From: Patescibacteria group bacterium
Lineage (GTDB): Bacteria > Patescibacteriota > Minisyncoccia > Phycocordibacterales > UBA9973
DNA length: 55,743 bases
Reading direction: 5' to 3'
NCBI GenBank assembly: GCA_040384365.1
Contig: JAZKJK010000017.1
Location: 1-55,743, forward strand
Part shown: positions 17,329 through 24,700 of the stretch, in pieces
How the letters are laid out: each line of letters begins with the position of its first letter
How positions within the stretch are numbered: the first letter of the stretch is position 1
Program-made: the position numbers and the translations under genes
The notes under the pieces: generated by a model
What the model was told of the DNA's origin: nothing
Seen by the model: only the letters and a program-made list of their open reading frames with translations
Databases searched by the model: none

Positions 17329-18186
17329 ATGAAACAATTCTTCCGCTTTTTAGGCTTTCACGAATCCCAGCCGCGGCTGTTTGCTGATGCTGTTCTTATC
17401 GTTACGGGATTGCTTGTCGAAGGCTTCTTACTTGCCAAATGGGGAACGGACTACTTTGGCGCTCAATCTGCGGACGCAGCGAAAGGTAACCTAGGCACGC
17501 ACACAGCTCAGACCATCCAGATGCAATTCAATGTGGCGAAATATGCGTTTTGGTGTTGTATAGGCGGAGTTATTATTCACCACTTCTGCATTTTTAGAAA
17601 CTTTAGAATAGGCGAAGCCAAAGAATTCGAGAACAAAAAAGCAATGGAACAAATCAAGGCAATATGTAATCCATCCACCGGAGTATGCTTTCTAGTAAAG
17701 AATCAGATGTTAGCAACGACGCATGGAAAAATGGAAACGCTTATTGAATTCATGATTTTCCTTATTTTTGGGATCGTCAATGGGGAGTTGCCGTATCTGT
17801 TTATCATAACAGGCGTCGTTGAACAGCGGGGTGATTTGCTCAAAGCAAAATCTCAACTGGAAGAGTTGCTTCGCGATGCCGGCCATCGAGTCGAGCAATG
17901 GGTCAACCTCTCCGAAAGAGTGTTTGAATTCGCCTGCATCGCGCGATCCCGGTTTGCCACCGGTGACGCGAAGATGAAAAAGGAGATTCTGTCCGCCATT
18001 GGATCGAACCTGACTTTGAAGGATAATATACTGAGCATTGAAGCCAGAAAACCCTTCTTCATCCTCGAAAAATCCCTGCCGGATGAAAATCACGAAACGG
18101 AACCAATCGAACCTGAAAATATGGGCCTGCCACAAGGGCAGAAGGTGCCAAATGCCTCTTCAAGTCCCGCTTTGTGCCCTTGGTAG
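17329..18186 (+). CDS. hypothetical, possibly chimeric ORF: hydrophobic N-terminal half and a C-terminal part resembling the tail of large serine recombinases
   Basis: ...RVFEFACIARSRFATGDAKMKKEILSAIGSNLTLKDNILSIEARKPFFIL resembles, from memory, the F..G....K.EIL...GSNL.L.D pattern at recombinase C-termini. No resolvase catalytic domain is present. The last 12 nt overlap tRNA-Arg. Confidence 0.35.
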   Translation: MKQFFRFLGFHESQPRLFADAVLIVTGLLVEGFLLAKWGTDYFGAQSADAAKGNLGTHTAQTIQMQFNVAKYAFWCCIGGVIIHHFCIFRNFRIGEAKEFENKKAMEQIKAICNPSTGVCFLVKNQMLATTHGKMETLIEFMIFLIFGIVNGELPYLFIITGVVEQRGDLLKAKSQLEELLRDAGHRVEQWVNLSERVFEFACIARSRFATGDAKMKKEILSAIGSNLTLKDNILSIEARKPFFILEKSLPDENHETEPIEPENMGLPQGQKVPNASSSPALCPW

Positions 18187-18246
18187 GAATCGAACCTACA
18201 TCAAAGCCTTAGAAGAGCTTCGTTCTATCCATTGAACTACAAGGGC
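18175..18246 (-). tRNA. tRNA-Arg, anticodon TCT
   Basis: Reverse complement reads GCCCTTGTAGTTCAATGGATAGAACGAAGCTCTTCTAAGGCTTTGATGTAGGTTCGATTCCTACCAAGGGCA. Anticodon loop is CT-TCT-AA. Confidence 0.85.
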
Positions 18247-18250
18247 AGTG

Positions 18251-18324
18251 TGCGGGATGCAGGGATCGAACCTGCGACCTTCGCTGTGTAAAAGCGCTGC
18301 TCGTACCAACTGAGCTAATCCCGC
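18251..18324 (-). tRNA. tRNA-Val, anticodon TAC
   Basis: Reverse complement reads GCGGGATTAGCTCAGTTGGTACGAGCAGCGCTTTTACACAGCGAAGGTCGCAGGTTCGATCCCTGCATCCCGCA. Anticodon loop is TT-TAC-AC. Confidence 0.8.
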
Positions 18325-18376
18325 ATAGAAGGAAACGCTTGTAATTGTATAATATTTCGCATAATATTTCAATATA

Positions 18377-19099
18377 ATGAAAATAAAAGTTTTATACGAG
18401 GATAAAGATGTTTTAGGCATAGATAAACCCTCCGGTATTGCGGTGCATGGTGATGGCAGGAGTGAAGACAAAACAATTGCAGATTGGGTGTTAAAAAATT
18501 ATCCAAAGATGAAGAATATTGGCGAGCCGGAATTTTTTGAAAACAAGGGGGTCAAAGTAGAAATAAAAAGACCAGGAATTGTGCATCGGCTAGATCGCGA
18601 TACCTCCGGAGTCATGCTCTTGGCAAAAAATAAAAAAGCTTTTGAAGTATTAAAGAAACAATTTCAAGATAGGGAGGTGAAGAAAACTTATGTGGCCATT
18701 GTCTCTGGCCATGTCCGCAATGATAGGGGGATAATCAATAAACCAATCGGACGAAGTCCTAGGGATTTCAGAAGGTATTTGTCTGGTCGTGGAGTGCGCG
18801 GAGAGATACGTGAAGCAGTGACGGAATATAAAGTTTTGAAAAGATTTCAAGCTCCATCTAAATTTACCTATCTAGAGGTGTATCCTAAAACTGGCCGTAC
18901 CCACCAGATTCGGGTGCATATGAAATATTTAAATCACCCTGTAGTCTGTGATTCACTCTATAATCCAGACAATCCTTGCCCGAAAGGGCTAGCTCGGATG
19001 GCTCTCCACGCCAAGTCTATAGAATTCAAAGACCTAAAAGGTAAAACTATAAAAGTAGAATCATCTATACCAAAGGAATTTAAAAAAATTATCGGATAG
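18377..19099 (+). CDS. RluA-family pseudouridine synthase
   Basis: HRLDRDTSGVMLLAKN and GRTHQIRVH motifs. Confidence 0.85.
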   Translation: MKIKVLYEDKDVLGIDKPSGIAVHGDGRSEDKTIADWVLKNYPKMKNIGEPEFFENKGVKVEIKRPGIVHRLDRDTSGVMLLAKNKKAFEVLKKQFQDREVKKTYVAIVSGHVRNDRGIINKPIGRSPRDFRRYLSGRGVRGEIREAVTEYKVLKRFQAPSKFTYLEVYPKTGRTHQIRVHMKYLNHPVVCDSLYNPDNPCPKGLARMALHAKSIEFKDLKGKTIKVESSIPKEFKKIIG

Positions 19100-19148
19100 T
19101 ATATAGTTTGCTCTTAAAAATTTTTTATGCTAAAGTGTTTTCACTAAT

Positions 19149-19607
19149 ATGAAAAGTATTACCAGCAACATAAAATTCAGCCCAGTAGATATAGAAGCTC
19201 GCAAGAAGCTTGATTTTAAGGCTGGGGACACTGTTTCTGTCTGGTCCAAGATTTTAGAAGAAAAAGCTGAAAAAAAGGGAGATAAAAAGAAAGGCGATGC
19301 GAAAAAAGTTGAAGCTAATAAATTCAGACTGCAGGCTTTTGAAGGAATTGTCCTCGCTAGGAAGCATGGACGGGAAATGGGGGCTACTTTTACCGTGCGA
19401 AGAATCGCTTCTGGGGTTGGAGTAGAAAGAATTTTCCCTCTGTATTCTCCAATGGTGGATAAGATAGAAGTAACTAAAAAATCTCGCGCTCGCCGATCAA
19501 AGCTCTATTATATTCGTACAAAAGCGGTCAAAGATGTTCGTAACAAAATGCGTTCAGTGACTTCTGTCGCTGAAGAAGAGACTCCAGTTACAGAAACGGC
19601 TGTGTAG
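19149..19607 (+). CDS. rplS: 50S ribosomal protein L19, with a Lys-rich insertion and a C-terminal extension
   Basis: [10 protein letters not shown]...[44 protein letters not shown]. Confidence 0.85.
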   Translation: MKSITSNIKFSPVDIEARKKLDFKAGDTVSVWSKILEEKAEKKGDKKKGDAKKVEANKFRLQAFEGIVLARKHGREMGATFTVRRIASGVGVERIFPLYSPMVDKIEVTKKSRARRSKLYYIRTKAVKDVRNKMRSVTSVAEEETPVTETAV

Positions 19608-19627
19608 TCTGATATAATTTCAATTAT

Positions 19628-19710
19628 GCGCGAGTGGTGAAACGGTATACACGCTACCTTGAGGTGGTAGTGCCCGTAAGGGTGTGGAGGTTCAACTCCT
19701 CTCTCGCGCA
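19628..19710 (+). tRNA. tRNA-Leu, anticodon GAG (class II)
   Basis: GCGCGAG acceptor. Anticodon stem-loop CTACC-TTGAGGT-GGTAG. Long variable arm TGCCCGTAAGGGTGT. T arm GGAGG-TTCAACT-CCTCT. Confidence 0.85.
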
Positions 19711-19720
19711 CAAACCAAAT

Positions 19721-20194
19721 ATGGTACGAGAAGAAAAAATAGAAGTTAAAGCGATGTGTCTTTTTATTCACGAAGGACGTGTTTTGGTTTCTAATGGCAG
19801 AACAATAAGAGGAAAAGGCGTTGACAGTCCGATTGTTCCCGGAGGCTTCTATCGAGTTTTAGGTGGAAGTATGAATTTTAACGAAACTTCGGAACAAGGA
19901 GTGCGACGAGAAATAATGGAAGAGCTCAAAAGCGAAATAAATAATCTTAAGTTTTTAGAAGTAGTGGAAAACCTTTTTATTTATGGAGGTGAAAAATGTC
20001 ATGAAATTGTTTTTCTTTTTGCTGGAGAATTGACGAAAAAGGATTTATATAAGCAAGAGGTTATTCATATCATTGATAATGATTATGCATTTAATGCAGT
20101 TTGGATATCTCTAGATGATATTTTCAATGGAAAAACTCCTTTGTATCCATCAACAGACTATAAAAGTATATTTACAAAGCTCGAAGTTATCTAA
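19721..20194 (+). CDS. NUDIX hydrolase
   Basis: Nudix box GGSMNFNETSEQGVRREIMEELKSEI. Start moved to ATG 19721 because the track ORF start overlaps tRNA-Leu. Confidence 0.8.
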   Translation: MVREEKIEVKAMCLFIHEGRVLVSNGRTIRGKGVDSPIVPGGFYRVLGGSMNFNETSEQGVRREIMEELKSEINNLKFLEVVENLFIYGGEKCHEIVFLFAGELTKKDLYKQEVIHIIDNDYAFNAVWISLDDIFNGKTPLYPSTDYKSIFTKLEVI

Positions 20195-20243
20195 CCGCAC
20201 CCCCTGGGCACCTTGTTTACTATTTTAGATTATTATTATAACA

Positions 20244-21083
20244 TTGAAGTATATGGACAGGAAAATAAGTTTTTTGATTTTATTCGTGACAATACTGGGA
20301 TTGCCCAGTTTTGTATTTGCGGAAAAATATATTCTCAATATTACAGGACAGCCTAGAACTCCAGAAGGGCAAATTGATTTAATATACAGCGCTGGACTTG
20401 CTACTGATAAAGGTACAATAGAATCAGAATCTAGAATCGATAACGAAAAAGGGATTTTTGAAATAAAAAATGCTGTTTTGGACACGGATGCAGAATTTAA
20501 TTCTGTAGCTGCTTTTGCCGAAGGAGGTTGCTTTTATCACAGCTATTCTATTTTAAGAGTCGGAGACCATTTTGAAGTAAATGACGGTTATGATCCGGAG
20601 CATAAAGTAGTAATCAATACAAAAAATCCCAATATAGATTTAGGAGTCTTGAAAGAAGAAAAATCTAATCAGCTCCGGATTGATTTCGATACTCCCATAA
20701 AACTTCTTGTCGAAGATTTATCCGGGAATTGGGTAGCTGAAAATGGGGGCTATTCAAAATTAGCCGGAACCACGAACAGTCTAAAATCGAACACAACATA
20801 TAAACTGACTTTAACGAGGGAGAATGGTAAACAAATAATCAGAGAAATTACTACAGGAAGTTATTGCGATGGTACAAGAATAATAAAAAGAGGAAGTTAC
20901 TTTCTAACTGAAACTTCTGATAATAACTCGTTTCACCCTATTGGATTTCTTAGAAATATTTGGTTAAGCATCTTAGGATTCCGAATAGTTATAATAATTC
21001 CTGTTGTAATCATACTGCTCGCCGTAATAATCGCACCGATTATGTTTTTAAGGAAAAGAGGAAACTCTAAGAATGTAATATAA
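20244..21083 (+). CDS. secreted protein with a C-terminal membrane anchor, hypothetical
   Basis: N-terminal signal FLILFVTILGLPSFVFA. C-terminal TM IVIIIPVVIILLAVIIAPIMF followed by a basic tail. Confidence 0.6.
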   Translation: MKYMDRKISFLILFVTILGLPSFVFAEKYILNITGQPRTPEGQIDLIYSAGLATDKGTIESESRIDNEKGIFEIKNAVLDTDAEFNSVAAFAEGGCFYHSYSILRVGDHFEVNDGYDPEHKVVINTKNPNIDLGVLKEEKSNQLRIDFDTPIKLLVEDLSGNWVAENGGYSKLAGTTNSLKSNTTYKLTLTRENGKQIIREITTGSYCDGTRIIKRGSYFLTETSDNNSFHPIGFLRNIWLSILGFRIVIIIPVVIILLAVIIAPIMFLRKRGNSKNVI

Positions 21084-21090
21084 GTAAACT

Positions 21091-21354
21091 TCAAATTCTA
21101 TTTTTTATCGCACCTTCTTTGCGTAAAAGTTTTATTTTATTTTTTATTCCGCGATTGTAATTACCGATAGTTCCATCGGATTTGATGACTCGGTGGCAGG
21201 GGATAGACGGGTCAAAGTTTTTTGCCATGATGCTACCGACAGCGCGATAGGCCTTCGGACTTTTGGCTAGTTTGGCTATCTGTTTATACGACAAAGTTTT
21301 CCCTTTAGGAATATTTCTGACGATATTTAGAACTTTTCCCTTAAAATCCAGCAT
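21091..21354 (-). CDS. MGMT-family DNA-binding domain protein (methylated-DNA-protein-cysteine methyltransferase C-terminal domain)
   Basis: 87 aa with the active-site motif IPCHRVI. Confidence 0.8.
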   Translation of the reverse strand: MLDFKGKVLNIVRNIPKGKTLSYKQIAKLAKSPKAYRAVGSIMAKNFDPSIPCHRVIKSDGTIGNYNRGIKNKIKLLRKEGAIKNRI

Positions 21355-21424
21355 ATTTATATGTTACTATATTAGTAGTGACCCTTCAAGAAAACTTCAG
21401 GGTCATGGTGAGTAAGTTCGAACC

Positions 21425-23728
21425 ATGAAAGAAAATTTTAAACTTATTATTTCTGCCATTTGGAGCCAGATATCTTCTTTGTTTTTTTTACTGCTGATTG
21501 TTTCAGCTGGAGTTTCTTTTTTCCTTGGTGAAAAAACTGACGGGATTATAATTTCAATTATCCTATTGCTAAATGTCGCGCTGGGATTTTTCCAAGAATT
21601 CAAGGCTTCCAAGGCTGGAGAAAAATTGATGCATCTGGTGCGAGAAAAAGTCTATGTTTTGCGTGCTGGGATGCTGGTGCAGATATCGATAGATGATCTG
21701 GTGCTTGGAGACATCATTCATTTGATTGCGGGTTCTATCGTGCCAGTAGATATGGAAGTTATCGAATCGCAGGATGCGTCGATTGATGACTCGATGCGGA
21801 CAGGGGAGAGTTTGCCTAAAGAAACTAGGATGGGAGAAGAACTTTTTGCAGGATCAATCGTCACGAATGGTAAGATCATCGGACGGGCACTCACACTCCA
21901 TAGCGACTCTTCAGTTTCAAAATATAAATCCAAACTTGAATCCTTAAAAAAATGGAGTAGCTTTACAGTTTTTACCAATCGACTTATAAAATATATTTTT
22001 GTTGTATCTCTTATTGCTCTTCTCGTCGCCATGTTCCTTCTCGTTTTTGTTATGGGCAAGTATTCTCTGATTCACTTTCTAGTTTTTGCGATTGCCATGC
22101 TGGTCGGGGTAGTGCCAGAAGTATTACCGCTCATCATCACTCTCATTCTGACTCGGGAGTCGCTCGCCCTGTCTAAAGAAAAAGTCATCGTCAAAAGACT
22201 TTCCTCACTGCAAGGTTTAGGCGCCGTGAAATTCTTGTTGACTGACAAGACAGGCACAATTACGGAAAATAAATTAAAAGTTGCCGCGGTTAGTGACATC
22301 CATAATTTTTGGGAATCCTCGAATACAATTACCGAAGGGGAGTATGAGAGGCCGACGATGGATAATGCCTATGATGACGCCCTAAACTCTTCGATTGGTA
22401 AATTAAAAACCGGTACCAGCCCGATCGTAAATTTTACACCATTTAGGGGTGAGGTTGGTTACGAAGTTTTTACTTTAGCGGGCGGTGAAAAAATTGCGCG
22501 TGGGCAAATTGAAAAGATTCTAAACATTTGCAAGCCAGCGCATGCTCATATCCGAGCCTCAGCTTTGGCTTATGAGACGAAGGGCATGCGGGTGATCGCT
22601 CTCGCGAGGGGAGTAGCTGGTGTCTGGAAGTTTTCTGGTTTTGTGGCTTTTCATGATCCAATCAAAGTATCTGCTTTGCCATCTTTTAAAATTGCTCATG
22701 AACGCGGCATAGGGATCAAAATATTGACGGGGGATTCTAAAGCTGTGTCGGAAAATGTGGCGGAGGGGCTCGGGCTCATCAAACATCCGGATAATATAAT
22801 TTCTCTCGATACCGTGAAAGTGGCTGACCTATCTGACAGACAGCTTGTTCGCGCTGTCGTTTTTTCTAAATGCACTCCAGAAAATAAACTCGAGCTCGTG
22901 GATCGCTATCTAAAATTAGGGCCCGTGGCATATCTCGGTGATGGCATCAATGATGCCTTGGCGCTCAAGCGCGCTGACATAGGTATCGCTGTCGACAATG
23001 CTGTAGATGTGGCTAAAGAATCCGCTGACATTATTCTTTTAGAAAAAGACTTGAGTCCGATTTTGAAAAGTGTCTCGACTGGTCGGCGCGCTCTGCACAA
23101 TATAATTACATACATCACCTATACGCTCTCGGGTAACGCTGGGACATTTTTCTCAATTCTTTTTGCCTCCTTCTTTTATCCAGTGCTTCCTATGCTACCT
23201 ATTCAGATACTTTTAAATAATCTACTTACTGACCTGCCACTACTTTTAATTATCAGTGACAACTCTGATGAATATAGCCAGAGGCATGTGCCACACTTTG
23301 AACCCAAAAAGTTGATGAAGAGAGTTTTTATTTTCGGCATTATCTCCAGTATTTTTGATTTTATTTATTTTCAAATTTATAAAAATGCGAGTGTGGCAGA
23401 GTTCCAAACTGGATGGTTTATCCTCTCTGTTTTGGCTGAGCTGGCCCTCATATTGTCTATTCGCTCTTCGCGTTCACTCTTCAAGTCTCCGCCGCTATCT
23501 ATGCCACTCCTTGCTGGCATTGCAACCACTGCAATACTCTCCTTTGTCTTTATTTACACCAGTTCTCTGATCGATGTATTTAAATTTACCTCTCTTTCTC
23601 CGACCACATTGATGACAATTTTCTCTATAATAATTCTCTACATCATTTCAAATGAAGTTGCGAAATTCTTTATGCGCCGTAAGAATCTCTACAATAAACC
23701 CATGATGCCAATGCAAGTTTTCAAGTAA
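21425..23728 (+). CDS. cation-transporting P-type ATPase (P2/P3-like, Mg/Ca type)
   Basis: DKTGTITENK phosphorylation motif, TGES-like TGESLP, hinge GDGINDALALKRADIGIAV, and about 10 TM segments. Confidence 0.85.
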   Translation: MKENFKLIISAIWSQISSLFFLLLIVSAGVSFFLGEKTDGIIISIILLLNVALGFFQEFKASKAGEKLMHLVREKVYVLRAGMLVQISIDDLVLGDIIHLIAGSIVPVDMEVIESQDASIDDSMRTGESLPKETRMGEELFAGSIVTNGKIIGRALTLHSDSSVSKYKSKLESLKKWSSFTVFTNRLIKYIFVVSLIALLVAMFLLVFVMGKYSLIHFLVFAIAMLVGVVPEVLPLIITLILTRESLALSKEKVIVKRLSSLQGLGAVKFLLTDKTGTITENKLKVAAVSDIHNFWESSNTITEGEYERPTMDNAYDDALNSSIGKLKTGTSPIVNFTPFRGEVGYEVFTLAGGEKIARGQIEKILNICKPAHAHIRASALAYETKGMRVIALARGVAGVWKFSGFVAFHDPIKVSALPSFKIAHERGIGIKILTGDSKAVSENVAEGLGLIKHPDNIISLDTVKVADLSDRQLVRAVVFSKCTPENKLELVDRYLKLGPVAYLGDGINDALALKRADIGIAVDNAVDVAKESADIILLEKDLSPILKSVSTGRRALHNIITYITYTLSGNAGTFFSILFASFFYPVLPMLPIQILLNNLLTDLPLLLIISDNSDEYSQRHVPHFEPKKLMKRVFIFGIISSIFDFIYFQIYKNASVAEFQTGWFILSVLAELALILSIRSSRSLFKSPPLSMPLLAGIATTAILSFVFIYTSSLIDVFKFTSLSPTTLMTIFSIIILYIISNEVAKFFMRRKNLYNKPMMPMQVFK

Positions 23729-23773
23729 ATTCCGCTCTTGTGTTTTTGAGTTAAATATTGTTAGAATGGCACC

Positions 23774-24232
23774 ATGGTATTCTCAATTGGCATTCAAATA
23801 AAACTCGCTCTGTTTCTTTTGGGCCTGTGTGGATTTTGGGTAGCTCAGCATATTTATAAACAAAAAAAGGCCAATCAGCCCTTGGTTTGCCCTATAGGAT
23901 TCGATTGCAATGCCGTAGTGCACAGCAGTTATTCTGAATTTATGCATATCCCGCTTGAAATCTTCGGCATGATCTATTACGCTCTCTTGTCTTTATTCTA
24001 TTTAGTTTTTATTTTTACACCCGAGAGTTTGCCGAATTTCTTGGTCAGCATCTTATTGCTCGGATCTATCGGAGCATTTCTCTTTTCCCTCTATCTTATT
24101 TTCGTGCAAATTTTTATCCTGAAAAAAGGATGTTCTTTGTGTTTTGTCTCGGCGTTTATTTCAATTGTAATTTTTATTTTGACTGTATCTAACTATAACT
24201 TTAGTTCTATAGGCGAAACATTTGTCAGGTAA
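23774..24232 (+). CDS. vitamin K epoxide reductase (VKOR) family membrane protein
   Basis: 4-TM protein with the loop cysteines CPIGFDC and the CSLC active-site motif. Confidence 0.7.
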   Translation: MVFSIGIQIKLALFLLGLCGFWVAQHIYKQKKANQPLVCPIGFDCNAVVHSSYSEFMHIPLEIFGMIYYALLSLFYLVFIFTPESLPNFLVSILLLGSIGAFLFSLYLIFVQIFILKKGCSLCFVSAFISIVIFILTVSNYNFSSIGETFVR

Positions 24233-24286
24233 AAAATTATTTTTAGTAGCGTTTATTGAGTTTTTTTGGTATACATTAGGGTACAT

Positions 24287-24359
24287 GGTGCCTATGGTGT
24301 AATAGTAGCACAAGGGCTTGTGGAGCCCTTAGATTCGGAGCGTAACCGAATAGGCACCC
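24287..24359 (+). tRNA. tRNA-His, anticodon GTG, with encoded G-1 and atypical D and T loops
   Basis: G(-1)+GTGCCTA acceptor paired to TAGGCAC+C73. Anticodon stem-loop AGGGC-TTGTGGA-GCCCT. T arm TTCGG-AGCGTAA-CCGAA. D loop AATAGTA. Confidence 0.65.
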
Positions 24360-24387
24360 ACGTCAAACTAATTATAAACAACTCACC

Positions 24388-24416
24388 TTGACAATACCCC
24401 CTAGGGGGTATATACT
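24388..24416 (+). promoter_or_regulatory. cop operon promoter with a CsoR-type operator filling the spacer
   Basis: TTGACA (24388..24393), 17 nt, TATACT (24411..24416). The perfect 18-bp palindrome ATACCCCCTAGGGGGTAT lies at 24394..24411. Confidence 0.8.
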
Positions 24417-24422
24417 TTAGAT

Positions 24423-24686
24423 ATGCAAGTAAATAAGCAAAAACTTACAAGGAGATTAAAAATACTAGAGGGTCAAGTGCGAGGTATTCAAAATATGGTC
24501 GATAAGAATGCTTACTGTATTGATATTATTACTCAAACTTCTGCCATCAAACAAGGCCTCTCAAACATTGAAGACGCCCTCTTAGAAGGCCATTTGGGAC
24601 ATTGCGTTGTTAATCAAATAAAGAGCGGGCAGACAGATAAAGCGACACAAGAAATTCTCAAAGTTTACCAACTAAAGCGCAAGTAG
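24423..24686 (+). CDS. csoR: CsoR-family copper-sensing repressor
   Basis: 87 aa, LKILEGQVRGIQNMV...AYCIDIITQ...HLGHCV (C-H-C ligand pattern). Confidence 0.85.
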   Translation: MQVNKQKLTRRLKILEGQVRGIQNMVDKNAYCIDIITQTSAIKQGLSNIEDALLEGHLGHCVVNQIKSGQTDKATQEILKVYQLKRK

Positions 24687-24700
24687 AATTTTGTAAAATT

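Larger units (their letters stand above)
14339..18174. mobile_element. GC-rich foreign island (about 50% GC on sampled lines versus about 35-40% in the flanks) ending at the 3' end of tRNA-Arg(TCT)
   Basis: Composition changes abruptly right after the stop at 14338 and at the tRNA at 18175. Contents are listed as separate features. No intact integrase is present. Confidence 0.6.

Noticed and set aside
14339-18174. Calling the island an active integrative element or prophage.
   Set aside because: There is no intact integrase or recombinase, no clear direct repeats and no phage genes. I report it only as a compositionally foreign, probably decayed insertion. A chimeric contig join cannot be excluded from the sequence alone.
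18196-18471. 91-aa minus-strand ORF.
   Set aside because: It runs straight through tRNA-Arg(TCT) and tRNA-Val(TAC).
19634-19720. N-terminal extensions proposed by the ORF track: 19634 for the NUDIX gene, 16311 for the ABC ATPase, 14834 for the SBP, 43212 for the M50 protease, 45800 for fusA, 51586 for tuf and 30263 for the DGR target.
   Set aside because: The extensions overlap a tRNA or the preceding gene, or they precede the conserved N-terminus. Internal ATG codons give proteins that begin where the family normally begins.
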